This document shows, piece after piece, positions 18,115 through 28,239 of a DNA stretch of 38,616 nucleotides. The notes under the pieces are model-generated. The model did no database searches, was not told the DNA's origin, and saw nothing but the letters and a program-made list of their open reading frames with translations. Position 1 is the stretch's first letter; every line of letters starts with the position of its first letter. Origin of the DNA: Armatimonadota bacterium (GTDB taxonomy: Bacteria > Armatimonadota > UBA5829 > DTLH01); assembly GCA_038207085.1 (NCBI GenBank), contig JBBRAE010000026.1:1-38616 (forward strand), read 5' to 3'. A program made the position numbers and the translations under genes.

Positions 18115-18665
18115 TGCGTCCCTCCAAGATCCACCTTGACCGGCGCTCGTTCGTCGCCTTCGGCCTGAAAATACTCCAGCCGCGAAAACCCAAAACCACT
18201 CCCGACTATGTTTGACGGAAACACCTCAAGCTTGGTGTTGAGATCGCGCACGACCGCGTTGTAGTACCGCCGGGCGTACTGTATAGTATCTTCGATCTCC
18301 GACAACTGCGACTGAAGCTGCCTGAAGTTTTGATCGGCGCGAAGTTCGGGGTAGCTTTCCGCGACTGCAAAGAGGCTCTTGATCGCCCCCGTGAACTGAC
18401 TCTCCACCCCGGACTTGCCCGCAGCGCCCTCGGCCGAAATAGCCTGGCTCCTGAGCCGCGTCGTGTCTTCAAACACAGCCTTTTCGTGCGCCGCGTAACC
18501 CTTCACGGTCTCGACGAGGTTCGGCACAAGGTCGTAGCGCCGCCGTAGCTGCACATCAATATCCGACCAAGCCGCCCGAGCCCGGTTCCGAAGCGAGACA
18601 AACGAGTTATACGTCGCGACGACGTAGGTCGCAAGCAGCACTACCGCGACTATAAGAATCCACAT
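18111..18665 (-). CDS. lemA: LemA family protein
   Basis: YN, AWSDIDVQLRRRYDLVPNLVETVKGYAAHE, ESYPEL, ARRYYN, FPSN. Confidence 0.95.
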   Translation of the reverse strand: MWILIVAVVLLATYVVATYNSFVSLRNRARAAWSDIDVQLRRRYDLVPNLVETVKGYAAHEKAVFEDTTRLRSQAISAEGAAGKSGVESQFTGAIKSLFAVAESYPELRADQNFRQLQSQLSEIEDTIQYARRYYNAVVRDLNTKLEVFPSNIVGSGFGFSRLEYFQAEGDERAPVKVDLGGTQ

Positions 18666-18674
18666 AGATTGCTC

Positions 18675-18890
18675 CTAAGCGGCTACTGAAATCGACTTGG
18701 CGCGCGTCGTCGGCTCGGGAACCGGCTTGCCCTCTTCTTGAAGGGTCTCAATATAGAGTGAAATCGCCTCAGCAATGTTGTGCTCAGTGTCTTCGATCGT
18801 CTTTCCGGTCGAAATACAGCCCGGCAGGTCGGGAACGTAGGCCGAGAAGTTGCTCCCCGCCCATTCAAAAACGACTAGATACTCATTCAT
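18675..18890 (-). CDS. hicB: HicB-family antitoxin
   Basis: AYVPDLPGCISTGKT.E...NIAEAI.LYIE.L.EEG.PVPEP; GGAGG RBS. Confidence 0.9.
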   Translation of the reverse strand: MNEYLVVFEWAGSNFSAYVPDLPGCISTGKTIEDTEHNIAEAISLYIETLQEEGKPVPEPTTRAKSISVAA

Positions 18891-19070
18891 CGGTTTTCCT
18901 CCAGTTGCGCTTGATCTCGAATGCTCTTAAGTGTGCCCGGTGCGATGTCGTCCGATTCGTGTCCCGGGACAACCACGATTCCGGGCTTGCCATCGTGTTT
19001 GAGCACTCGGTGACTGCCACGTGTGCGAGAGATATACCATCCGTATAGCGCGACTCCAGTTGGCTATTAC
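18887..19070 (-). pseudogene. hicA: HicA-family toxin remnant with decayed N-terminus
   Basis: Frame absent from the ORF track (19042-18887): GWYISRTRGSHRVLKHDGKPGIVVVPGHESDDIAPGTLKSIRDQAQLEENR*. Its stop overlaps the hicB ATG; there is an in-frame TAG upstream and no start codon. Confidence 0.88.
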
Positions 19071-19089
19071 TCAAGGTTTCTTCCTGTCC

Positions 19090-20472
19090 CTATCCCCTGT
19101 CCTTCAGCCCAATATCAATCGCCTGTCGCAGCGAGTCTACACCGTGGATGGAGAGGCCTATGTTCTTCGGCAGCTTGGAGGTGTTTCGTCCCGAGACTAT
19201 CGCCTGGCTGAAACCTAGCCGCCCCGCTTCTTTCAGACGTTTTTCCATCTGCCCGATTGTCCGCACCTCGCCCGCGAGTCCGATTTCACCGAGGACGATC
19301 GTCTCTGGGTCGATCGGCAGCTCCCGGAAGTTTGAGGCGACGGCGAGCGCTATAGCGAGGTCGACGGCGGGTTCCAAAATCTTGAGGCCACCGGCGACGT
19401 TGACATACACATCCTGGTTGGCAAGGCTCATTCCGACGCGCTTTTCGAGCACGGCGAGGATCATAAGCGTGCGGTTGTGGTCGACACCGGTCGTCATGCG
19501 CCGCGGGCTCGCGTAGTAGCTCGGAGCAACGAGCGCCTGTATCTCGACCAGAAGCGGCCTTGACCCTTCGATCGTCGATGTTACGACCGAGCCTGCGCCG
19601 TGCTTGGGTCGCTCCGAAAGCAGCATTTCGGAGGGGTTTGCGACCTCGGTCAGGCCTACCTCCTGCATCTCGAAGATGCCGATCTCGTCTGTCGATCCAA
19701 AGCGGTTTTTGACGGCGCGCAGAATGCGATAGGTCATGTGCCGGTCGCCCTCGAAGTAGAGCACGGTGTCGACCATGTGCTCAAGCACCCGCGGCCCGGC
19801 CAAAGCGCCTTCTTTCGTGACGTGTCCGACGATAAAGATCGGGATGCCCGTGGATTTCGCGATCCGGGCCAGCACCGAGCAGCAGTTTTTGACCTGGCTC
19901 ACCGTGCCTGATGCGCTGAAGATATCGGGGTGGTGGACGGCCTGGATAGAGTCGATGATCACATACTTGGGCTTGGTAGTCTCGATAAAGTGGGCGATCG
20001 CCTCGATGTTGGTCTCAGTCGCAAGCAGAAGCTCATCAGTTGCGACGCCGAGCCTGTCGGAGCGTATTTTGATTTGCTCGACCGACTCCTCGCCCGATAC
20101 GTAAAGCGTCCGCCCCGCCTCGCGGCTCAAGTTGTTCGCGACCTGCGTGAGCAGCGTCGACTTGCCAATCCCCGGGTCCCCACCGATCAAAATCAGCGAC
20201 CCCGGCACAATCCCGCCTCCAAGCACCCGGTCAAACTCAGAGATCAAGGTGCTTGTGCGCGCAGCGTTGCCGCTTTGAATCTTGGTGATCGGCTGCGGCG
20301 GCGCAAGCGAGCTAACGAACCCCCGTTCGCCCTTACCTCTTTTGATTTCCGGCTGGACCGCCTGCTCCAGCATGCTGGCCCATTCGCCGCAGTCCGGGCA
20401 GCGCCCGACCCACTTCGCCGACTCGAACCCACAGGCCTGACAGACGTATTTTGTGTCTCTTATCTTTGCCAT
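19090..20472 (-). CDS. radA: DNA repair protein RadA/Sms
   Basis: C4 zinc finger, GGDPGIGKSTL, KNRFG, C-terminal Lon-like domain. Confidence 0.97.
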   Translation of the reverse strand: MAKIRDTKYVCQACGFESAKWVGRCPDCGEWASMLEQAVQPEIKRGKGERGFVSSLAPPQPITKIQSGNAARTSTLISEFDRVLGGGIVPGSLILIGGDPGIGKSTLLTQVANNLSREAGRTLYVSGEESVEQIKIRSDRLGVATDELLLATETNIEAIAHFIETTKPKYVIIDSIQAVHHPDIFSASGTVSQVKNCCSVLARIAKSTGIPIFIVGHVTKEGALAGPRVLEHMVDTVLYFEGDRHMTYRILRAVKNRFGSTDEIGIFEMQEVGLTEVANPSEMLLSERPKHGAGSVVTSTIEGSRPLLVEIQALVAPSYYASPRRMTTGVDHNRTLMILAVLEKRVGMSLANQDVYVNVAGGLKILEPAVDLAIALAVASNFRELPIDPETIVLGEIGLAGEVRTIGQMEKRLKEAGRLGFSQAIVSGRNTSKLPKNIGLSIHGVDSLRQAIDIGLKDRG

Positions 20473-20543
20473 CTCAGAAATAAAACAACAGGGCAACAGC
20501 TCAAAAACGATGCGGCAGCCCCGATTCTCCTGTCATTATTTTA

Positions 20544-22919
20544 TCATTGTTGGCGCTCTGCCTCAAGCTGGCAGGCAGCTTGCCAGTGTCCCCCGCCGCT
20601 CACTATCTCATCGAAACTCCCGATTCGGACTCGCACGCGCATCTCCTCGGGGATATCAAGCGATACCCTGAGGCCGCCATCTTCGCGCGCCCAGCAGGCT
20701 CCGAGTGTGCCAAGCGGCGTTGAAAAGACCCCGCAGGCGTGCTCGATTTCGCCTGTATGCGGGGCGAACTCGACCTCCGACCACCCCGCGCCTGTGGGTT
20801 GGACGCCGAGGACGTAGGCGGGAAGCAAGAACGCCGTGCCGCTCGCCCAGCCCTGGCAGTAGACGATGTTTCCGTGCGGAAGGCGGGTTTCAGGGAACGT
20901 CGGCAGGTGGTCGTAAGGCCCCCAGAACATCCTGATCTGCTCGATTGCCTCCCGGTCCATCCCGGTCTCAAAAAGCGCCTGACAGAGGAAGTGCGCGAAC
21001 CAAAGCGTGCCTACAGGGACGATCTTCCCCGAAGTCTTGAGGTCGGCGGGTGTCGCTGCGTTCTCACCGACCGGCACGGGGCCGAGGTTCGCCGGGTCGA
21101 TGATCTTTGCCAGCAATTCCCGGCGCATCTCAGGTGGACAGACCCCACCAAGCACGGCGAGCGCGTTGCCGTCCTGGGTCGCAAGCGTCCCCTGCGTGCC
21201 GTCGGGCTCGACGCTGTCGACGTACAGCCCGCGCTCGGGGTTCCAGAAAGCCTTGTGCGACGCCGCTCGAATTTGATCGGCCCATGCGCCCAGGTCGCCA
21301 CCGAACGCGTCGTTGAAGATATCGTGCGCCGCCAGTCGATTGAGCGCCATAGCAAGCGCGGCGTTGGTTTCGATCAGGCAGCCCCCCTGTTCAAGCGGTG
21401 CCCACTCCCAGAACTGACCACTAGGCCAGCCCGCGACAAGGCCGCGTTCGTCGGTTTGTGCCCGAAAGACGTCGAGCGCGCGCTTGGCCTCGGGGAGGAC
21501 GGCGCGCACGTCGTCATGTCCGGTGTGGAGCCAGTAGTCGGCGAGCGTCATAAGCCAACAGATGTTGCTTGAGGCGAATGAGAGGTTGGTGCGGTCGGTC
21601 GGGAAGAACCCGTTGATCCGCCCGTCGGCAAGCGCCCCCTGCGCCCCCTGGAAGAGCGCCCGGCGCGTGAGGTCCATATTGCCGAACGCAAAGGCAGCGA
21701 CCCGGTTGTGGAGATACAGGTCTTCGGTCCACTGCACACGTTCACGCATGACGTTGTCGAGGAATGCGTCCTGCGAGCATATCTTGACCGTTCGAGCGCC
21801 GCGCGTGAAGAACTCGTCCAACTGTGAGTCAGATGAACTAAACGACTCCTGATGCTCGAATGGGTAGGTCTCTTCGACCGCGTAGACGCTCTCAAGCACA
21901 AGCGCGCTCTCGCACGCCTGCAGATCGACAGTCAGATATTGAAACCCCCTGGGGTGCGCGGTTCGGACGAGCGCTCTCCCGCCTGAGAGGGTGTATCGGT
22001 CGGTCAGTCGCGCGTAGGTGCGCTCGGGGTCGCCTGCGCCGTGCTCGGTCAAAATGTCGTTGTAGGATACATCGATGGTCTGTCCGGGAGCGCTTTCGGC
22101 GAAGCAGAGGACGGCGTAACCCGAGATTGTGCGTCCGAAGTCGAAGGTGACGTAGCTCTCAGGGCGAACATTCACAGGGAAGCCTGGAACCGCCTCACTT
22201 TTGGTGCGAACGCGCGCTGTGGCTTGGTTTGACGGCACCGGCGCGTCATTGCGGCCTTCGACAAACGTTCCGCAGGCTACGGGGGTCGAGTTGCGGTTGT
22301 CGTAGGAGAGCATCGCGATATCTCGGGCAATCAGGCGCGTCCAGGGCTGGCATGAAGGTCGGCCAATCTCGACCGATCCCGCCCAGGCCGCGTCGCTGAA
22401 GAGCAGCCCGTTCCAGCCCTCGGCAAGCTTCTGCAGGTCGAGCACCTCGGGGAATCCGAAGTGGGACATAGGCTCGGGCAGGTCTTTCTTCCAAGCGGCT
22501 GAGATATAGCTTTTCCAGTCGGCGTTGGTGGAAAGATCGATCTGTCTTTTGTCGTCAGTGAGCGTGACCTCGGCAAGCAGGCCAGGGCGACCGAGCATCT
22601 GCGTCGCGTTTTCTATCCCCACGTGGTGGACGAGTATGGCCAGGACGTGGCGCCCGGGAGTCAGATCAAAAGCAAATGAATCAAATGTATAATAGGGCAG
22701 GTTTGCCCGAGAGGGTCCGCGCGATATGAGCGAGCCGTCGATGTAGAGCCAGTAGAAGCTGTCTGCGGTGATATCTACTGCAAGCGAGGCCTCCGAGCCT
22801 GCGACAAACTCCCTGCGAAAAATCGCGTAGACGTTGCGGTCGTGCTCGACCTCCTCCGCCCAAATCCACGAGCCGTGCCAGTCGTCTTTGGGTGTCGATG
22901 GTGCAAGCCTGTTGTCCAT
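20544..22919 (-). CDS. Alpha-L-rhamnosidase-like glycoside hydrolase (GH78)
   Basis: WIW, FRREF, ITADSFY.LYIDG, FDFGR, D...RER.QW.ED, C.GWASG, GVQP...GW; GGGAG RBS. Confidence 0.82.
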   Translation of the reverse strand: MDNRLAPSTPKDDWHGSWIWAEEVEHDRNVYAIFRREFVAGSEASLAVDITADSFYWLYIDGSLISRGPSRANLPYYTFDSFAFDLTPGRHVLAILVHHVGIENATQMLGRPGLLAEVTLTDDKRQIDLSTNADWKSYISAAWKKDLPEPMSHFGFPEVLDLQKLAEGWNGLLFSDAAWAGSVEIGRPSCQPWTRLIARDIAMLSYDNRNSTPVACGTFVEGRNDAPVPSNQATARVRTKSEAVPGFPVNVRPESYVTFDFGRTISGYAVLCFAESAPGQTIDVSYNDILTEHGAGDPERTYARLTDRYTLSGGRALVRTAHPRGFQYLTVDLQACESALVLESVYAVEETYPFEHQESFSSSDSQLDEFFTRGARTVKICSQDAFLDNVMRERVQWTEDLYLHNRVAAFAFGNMDLTRRALFQGAQGALADGRINGFFPTDRTNLSFASSNICWLMTLADYWLHTGHDDVRAVLPEAKRALDVFRAQTDERGLVAGWPSGQFWEWAPLEQGGCLIETNAALAMALNRLAAHDIFNDAFGGDLGAWADQIRAASHKAFWNPERGLYVDSVEPDGTQGTLATQDGNALAVLGGVCPPEMRRELLAKIIDPANLGPVPVGENAATPADLKTSGKIVPVGTLWFAHFLCQALFETGMDREAIEQIRMFWGPYDHLPTFPETRLPHGNIVYCQGWASGTAFLLPAYVLGVQPTGAGWSEVEFAPHTGEIEHACGVFSTPLGTLGACWAREDGGLRVSLDIPEEMRVRVRIGSFDEIVSGGGHWQAACQLEAERQQ

Positions 22920-23018
22920 TGTGCATTCTCCCTGTCGTTCCAGTGGTTGATCATGCGATTGTACGCGCATAGATGTATCCAATGCAAGCTCTCTCGCCAA
23001 ATATTTCAGCCCCAGCCA

Positions 23019-23047
23019 TTCACGCCAATTGCAGACCTTGTTATAAT
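23019..23047 (+). promoter_or_regulatory. Sigma70-type promoter of the GH2 gene
   Basis: TTCACG-N17-TATAAT with extended -10 TG; AAAGGAG RBS follows. Confidence 0.6.
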
Positions 23048-23068
23048 ATTCACAAAGGAGATTTTCTC

Positions 23069-25522
23069 ATGATCATGCAGACACTGGACGGAGCCTGGCG
23101 AGTTTCTCAGGCGGGTAGCGACGACTCTTTCCCGGCCAAGACGCCGGGTTGTATCCATCTCGACCTTTTAAACGCGAAAGAGATCGGTGATCCGTTCTAC
23201 GGCGACAACGAGTACAGAATTGCTTGGATTGCCCGCACTGACTGGGTCTACACACGGACGTTTGTCCCGGATGCGTCGCTTCTTGGGGCTGAGAAGATCG
23301 TTCTTGAGTGCGACGGGCTCGACACGCTCTGCACCCTTGAGCTTAACGGTGAGGTGATCGGCTGCACCGATAACATGTATATAGCCCACAGATTTGACGT
23401 TAGCGGCAAGCTTGCGGCGGGAGAAAACGAGCTTCGGATCACCTTCAAGTCGGCGGTCAACTACGGCGAGGCACTGATGTGCAAGGATGTGGTCTGTCCT
23501 GGTGATTCGATTCCGGGCTCGGTCTTCGTGAGGAAAGCTCCCTCCCAGTACGGCTGGGACTGGGGTCCCAAGATTCCGACCAGCGGCATTTGGCGTCCAA
23601 TCAGGCTCGCGGGCTACAGCGTCTCCCGAATCGACGACCTGCGAGTCGAGCAGACCCATGAGGCGGGCCGGGTCACGTTGAACGTCACAGCCGAGCTTGA
23701 GAATTACAGTTCTGAAGTCTGTAGCCTTTCAGTCAGGGTGATCGACCCCGACGGGACTTCTCGTGAGTGCCCGGCAAACGTCTCCAGTTCGATTGGCGAA
23801 TGCGAAGTCACGATCGACTCCCCCAAACTCTGGTGGCCGAACGGTTACGGCGATCAGCCGCTTTACCAGGTAGAAGCAACCCTTTCCTACGATGGCAAAA
23901 CGCTCGATGTCGCAAAGAGGCAGATCGGCCTGCGCACAATCGAGCTCGATCAGACGCCGGACCAGTGGGGCAAACGCTTCGCCTTCGTCGTAAACGGCGT
24001 CCCCGTGTTCTGCAAAGGCGCGGACTGGATCCCTGCAGACCAGTTCCCAAGCCGCCTCACAGAAGAGCATTACCGCCATCTCATAAAAAGCTCCGTGATG
24101 GCTAATATGAACATGCTGCGGATCTGGGGTGGCGGGTTCTATGAGGACGAAGTCTTTTACGACCTCTGCGACGAGTACGGCATCCTCGTCTGGCAGGACT
24201 TTATGTTCGCCTGCGGGCACTACCCGGTCGACGCGCCGTTCCTGGCAAACGTCGCACGCGAAACCGAAGCGGTCGTGAGGCGTCTGCGAAATCGCGCGTG
24301 TATGGCGCTTTGGTGCGGCAACAACGAGATGGAGTGGGGAGTCGGCAGCTGGTGGGGAGGCGAGGGCAGCGACAAGCGCAAGGCCGATTATCCCAAGATA
24401 TTCCACGAGACCATCCCAAGTGTCGTTGAGAGAGTCGACCCGCACATCGCCTACTGGCCGAGCTCGCCCTCAAGTGGCATCGAAAATTACTGCAAGCTCG
24501 AGCCCAACGATCAGAACTTCGGCGACGGCCACTACTGGGACGTGTGGCACGGTAGAAAACCCTTTACAGCCTACCGCGAACAGTTCCACCGGTTCATGAG
24601 CGAGTTCGGCTTTGAGTCGATGCCCGCGATCGAGACCGTGCGCACATTCGCCGGGGAAGAAGATCTGAACATGACAAGCTACGTCATGGAGTGCCATCAG
24701 AAAAACGGCGGCGGCAATGGCCTGATACTTTACTACATGGCGCAGACCTTCAGGTTCCCCAAAGACTTTGAGATGATGTGCTACACAAGCCAGCTTCTCC
24801 AGGCCGAGGCGATGCGCTATGGCGTCGAGCACTGGAGGCGAAACCGCAACGACCTGCGCTGCATGGGGGCGCTCTACTGGCAGCTAAACGACTGCTGGCC
24901 GGTCTCAAGCTGGGCGAGCATCGACTACTTCGGCCGCTGGAAGGCGACGCAGTATTTTGCACGACGATTCAACGAGTCGCTGCACCTATCCGTCTGCGAA
25001 GAGGGCAAGACAGCCAAGGTCCACGTGACAAACGATCTGCTCGCGCCCGTAGAGGTAGAGATCAAGTGGAGCCTTGAGAAACTCGACGGCACAGTGCTTT
25101 CATCAGGCGCACAGACTCTGACAGTCGCAGCCGAACTAGACACGCTCGCAGCCGATCTGGATTTCACGAGCGAACTCTCAGGTGACGCGGTGCGCGAAAC
25201 GGTGCTCGTCTGCGAGATGACCGCCGGAGGCAAGCCCGCGGGTTCGTCGGTGACGACGTTTGTCCCGTCCAAGCACGTAGCCCTTCCTGAGGTCAATATC
25301 GCTCTTGAAACTGGGACGGACGCAGAAGGCCAGTTCATCCGGGTCACAACCGACAAGACGGCGCGCTACGTGTGTCTTGCGATTCCAGGCCGTGACGTGA
25401 TCTTTTCAGACAACTACTTCGACCTCGCAGCGGGTCGGACAAACACCGTGCGACTGCTCTCGGAAGTCGAGCCGGAGGTACTGGCAACCGCCAAAGTCTA
25501 CTCGCTTCGCGATTCTTATTAG
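23069..25522 (+). CDS. Glycoside hydrolase family 2, beta-mannosidase-like
   Basis: GLDT, RKAPSQYGWDWGP, WWPNGYG.QPLY, KGADWIP, NMLRIWGGG.YE, WCGNNE, RFMSEFG, YWQLNDCWP. Confidence 0.94.
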   Translation: MIMQTLDGAWRVSQAGSDDSFPAKTPGCIHLDLLNAKEIGDPFYGDNEYRIAWIARTDWVYTRTFVPDASLLGAEKIVLECDGLDTLCTLELNGEVIGCTDNMYIAHRFDVSGKLAAGENELRITFKSAVNYGEALMCKDVVCPGDSIPGSVFVRKAPSQYGWDWGPKIPTSGIWRPIRLAGYSVSRIDDLRVEQTHEAGRVTLNVTAELENYSSEVCSLSVRVIDPDGTSRECPANVSSSIGECEVTIDSPKLWWPNGYGDQPLYQVEATLSYDGKTLDVAKRQIGLRTIELDQTPDQWGKRFAFVVNGVPVFCKGADWIPADQFPSRLTEEHYRHLIKSSVMANMNMLRIWGGGFYEDEVFYDLCDEYGILVWQDFMFACGHYPVDAPFLANVARETEAVVRRLRNRACMALWCGNNEMEWGVGSWWGGEGSDKRKADYPKIFHETIPSVVERVDPHIAYWPSSPSSGIENYCKLEPNDQNFGDGHYWDVWHGRKPFTAYREQFHRFMSEFGFESMPAIETVRTFAGEEDLNMTSYVMECHQKNGGGNGLILYYMAQTFRFPKDFEMMCYTSQLLQAEAMRYGVEHWRRNRNDLRCMGALYWQLNDCWPVSSWASIDYFGRWKATQYFARRFNESLHLSVCEEGKTAKVHVTNDLLAPVEVEIKWSLEKLDGTVLSSGAQTLTVAAELDTLAADLDFTSELSGDAVRETVLVCEMTAGGKPAGSSVTTFVPSKHVALPEVNIALETGTDAEGQFIRVTTDKTARYVCLAIPGRDVIFSDNYFDLAAGRTNTVRLLSEVEPEVLATAKVYSLRDSY

Positions 25523-25539
25523 TAATATAGAGCTATTTC

Positions 25540-25571
25540 GTAGGGGCGGACCAGTGTGTCCGCCCTTTTTT
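25540..25571 (+). repeat. GTAG-type REP hairpin, copy 2 (followed by T6, may act as terminator)
   Basis: GTAGGGGCGGACCAGTGTGTCCGCCC + TTTTTT, just after the GH2 stop. Confidence 0.9.
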
Positions 25572-25610
25572 CAGTTTCCTTCGCTCATGTGAACGGGTAT
25601 TATTCACAAG

Positions 25611-25691
25611 CTAACCTGCATTATTCACGCTACTCGTGAATAATGCTCCGTTAGCGAGAGCTTTATTCGTAAAGCGAATAAAGCGGGCTAA
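25611..25691. mobile_element. 73-bp double-hairpin miniature element, copy B, CTAA-flanked
   Basis: CTAA (25611-25614) + 73 bp + CTAA (25688-25691); same stems as copies A/C, loops inverted. Confidence 0.88.
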
Positions 25692-25720
25692 TAGACAGTT
25701 ACCCGTAGACGGAGGATATC

Positions 25721-28201
25721 ATGGCCGATCATCCCGGACTTTCACCCGCAGATCTCACTCACCGGTGCGATCCGGAGCAGTTCCCGTTCCAAAGCACCGA
25801 GGAAGTGCCACCTCTTGACGGCACCATCGGGCAGGAGCGCGCCGTAAGTGCTATCGAGTTTGGGCTGGGGATCCAGACCGAGGGGTTTAACCTGTATGTC
25901 GCGGGCCGCCCCGGAACCGGCAAGAACTCGAGCGTGCGCCAGTTTGTCGACGGACGCGCGGTAAACGAGCCCATTCCCCAGGACTGGGTCTACGTCTTCA
26001 ACTTCGACAACCCACTTTCACCAAGAGCGATCAAACTCTCTTCCGGCCACGCGCAGCAGTTCGCCGCGGATATGGACGAAGTCGTAACTGCTGCGAAGAC
26101 CGAGCTGCCAAGAGAGTTTGAGTCGGAAAGCTACGAAAAACGACGCGCCGAGACGATGCAGAACATCCAGCAACGCCGCGACGCGATATTCACCCAGTTG
26201 CAGGGTCAGGCGGCAGAGCTTGGTTTCTCGATAGAGATGACCCCGATCGGCATCGTCACAGTCCCGATGTCCGATGGCAAACCCCTCGCCCGCGAGGACT
26301 TCGAGAAGCTCCCAGATGAAGAACGAGAGCACATCAAAGAGCGCAGCAACCGCTTGGAACAGGCCGTCAACCAGACCGCCTCAAGGATCCGTCAGCTCGA
26401 AAAAGAGGCCGCAGAACGGATGAAATCGCTCGACAGCGAGGTCGCCATGTTCACCGTCGGCCACCTGCTCGAAGACTTGAGGCGCAAATATAAGGCATGT
26501 GAGCCTGAGTCCGAGTGCACGGAGATACTCGCCTACCTTGACAATGTGCAGCGCGATATCGTCGAGCATATCGAGGAGTTCAGGCAGACCGAAAAGCAGC
26601 AGCCGATGCCTGCCGCGGTCCAGGGGATGGTCACCGAGGCCACCGAAGCGATATTTGACCGCTACAAGGTGAACGTCTTTGTGAGCAACGACGACGTTCA
26701 GGGCGCGCCGGTTATCATCGAGAACAACCCCAACTACTATAACCTGTTTGGCAAGGTGGAATATCGTGCGAAGTTCGGGTTTATGACGACCGACCACAAC
26801 CTGATCCGCGCCGGGGCGATCCAGCGGGCAAACGGCGGCTACCTGATCATCCAGGCGCTCGACCTGCTCCTGAACCCCTTCTCTTGGGAAGGCCTGAAGC
26901 GCACGCTTCGGGGCGGCGAAGTGCGCATCGAGAACATCGGAGAGCAGTACGGCATCATCCCGACCGCAACGCCAAAGCCTGAGCCCATCCCCATTGATCT
27001 CAAGGTCATCCTGATCGGAAGCCCTGAGATATACTACCTGCTCTATCAGAGGGACGAGGACTTCCGAAAGCTCTTCAAAGTCAAAGCCGACTTCGATATA
27101 GAGATGAACCGCGACGAGCGACACGTGGACCAGTATGTGCGCTTTATCAGCAAAGAGGTGCGCGAAAAGGGCTTGAAGCATTTCGACCGAAGCGCCGTGG
27201 CCCGGATGGTCGAGTTTGGCGGGCGGCTGATCGAGGACAAGGCCCGCATCTCGGCCAAGTTCATCGAGATTTCAGACCTAGTAAGCGAAGCGAGCTACTG
27301 GGCGGGAGCCAATGGCAACGGGCATGTCACCTCGGCAGACGTTGAGCAGGCGCTTTCTCAAAAAGAATATCGCTCGCGGATGATAGAGGACAAGATTCAT
27401 CGACTTATCGAAGAAGGCGTGATCCTGATCGACACCAAGGGAGCCGTCTCAGGGCAGGCAAACGGTCTTTCCATATATTCGATAGGCGACTACACCTTTG
27501 GGCGGCCCTCAAAGATCACCTGCCGCACCTCAATAGGACGCGGCGGGATAATCGACATCCAGCGGGAAACCGAGATGGGCGGGCCTATCCACAGCAAGGG
27601 TGTGATGATCCTCCACGGCTACTTGACCGGCAAATACGCCCAGGACAAGCCGCTTGTCCTATCGGCGACGATCGCCTTTGAGCAGCTTTATGAAGGGGTC
27701 GAAGGCGACTCGGCCTCAAGCACTGAGCTCTACACGCTTTTATCCAGCCTGTCGTCCCTTCCCATGCGTCAGGATATCGCTGTTACGGGGTCGGTCAACC
27801 AGTTCGGGGAGATTCAGCCGATCGGCGGGGTCAACCGCAAGATCGAGGGGTTCTTTGAGGTCTGCAAGTCCAGGGGGCTCACGGGGCGGCAGGGGGTGAT
27901 GATCCCCATCCAAAACGTGCGCCACCTGATGCTAAAAGACGAAGTGATCCGGGCGGTCGATGCGGGGCTCTTCAATGTGTGGGCGGTCGAGACGATCGAC
28001 CAGGGTATCGAAATCCTGACCGGTGTCCCGGCAGGCAAGCAATTAGACGACGGCAAATACCCCGAGGGCACGGTGCATTATCTGGTCGACAATCGCCTGC
28101 GGGAGATGGCCGACAAAGTGCACGATTTCGGCACGCCCGATGGCTACACCGCAAAACCCCGAAGAGAAAAGATCTCGATGGAGGGGCTTGGGGGGCAGTA
28201 A
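25721..28201 (+). CDS. Lon-like ATP-dependent protease (LonC/AAA_32 + Lon_C type)
   Basis: IGQERA, GRPGTGKN, ANGGYL, GPIHSKG, EGDSASSTE (catalytic Ser), TGSVNQFG.IQPIGGVNRKIEGFF (catalytic Lys); GGAGG RBS. Confidence 0.93.
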   Translation: MADHPGLSPADLTHRCDPEQFPFQSTEEVPPLDGTIGQERAVSAIEFGLGIQTEGFNLYVAGRPGTGKNSSVRQFVDGRAVNEPIPQDWVYVFNFDNPLSPRAIKLSSGHAQQFAADMDEVVTAAKTELPREFESESYEKRRAETMQNIQQRRDAIFTQLQGQAAELGFSIEMTPIGIVTVPMSDGKPLAREDFEKLPDEEREHIKERSNRLEQAVNQTASRIRQLEKEAAERMKSLDSEVAMFTVGHLLEDLRRKYKACEPESECTEILAYLDNVQRDIVEHIEEFRQTEKQQPMPAAVQGMVTEATEAIFDRYKVNVFVSNDDVQGAPVIIENNPNYYNLFGKVEYRAKFGFMTTDHNLIRAGAIQRANGGYLIIQALDLLLNPFSWEGLKRTLRGGEVRIENIGEQYGIIPTATPKPEPIPIDLKVILIGSPEIYYLLYQRDEDFRKLFKVKADFDIEMNRDERHVDQYVRFISKEVREKGLKHFDRSAVARMVEFGGRLIEDKARISAKFIEISDLVSEASYWAGANGNGHVTSADVEQALSQKEYRSRMIEDKIHRLIEEGVILIDTKGAVSGQANGLSIYSIGDYTFGRPSKITCRTSIGRGGIIDIQRETEMGGPIHSKGVMILHGYLTGKYAQDKPLVLSATIAFEQLYEGVEGDSASSTELYTLLSSLSSLPMRQDIAVTGSVNQFGEIQPIGGVNRKIEGFFEVCKSRGLTGRQGVMIPIQNVRHLMLKDEVIRAVDAGLFNVWAVETIDQGIEILTGVPAGKQLDDGKYPEGTVHYLVDNRLREMADKVHDFGTPDGYTAKPRREKISMEGLGGQ

Positions 28202-28234
28202 AAGAAAATGGCCCCGGAAGGTTCCGGGGCCAAA
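28200..28234. terminator. Terminator between the convergent protease and WYL genes
   Basis: GGCCCCGGAA-GG-TTCCGGGGCC with a T-rich tail on the minus strand. Confidence 0.75.
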
Positions 28235-28239
28235 TCTAT

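Noticed and set aside
18883..19074. 63-aa ORF upstream of hicB
   Set aside because: Wrong frame; the HicA similarity lies in a different, start-less frame.
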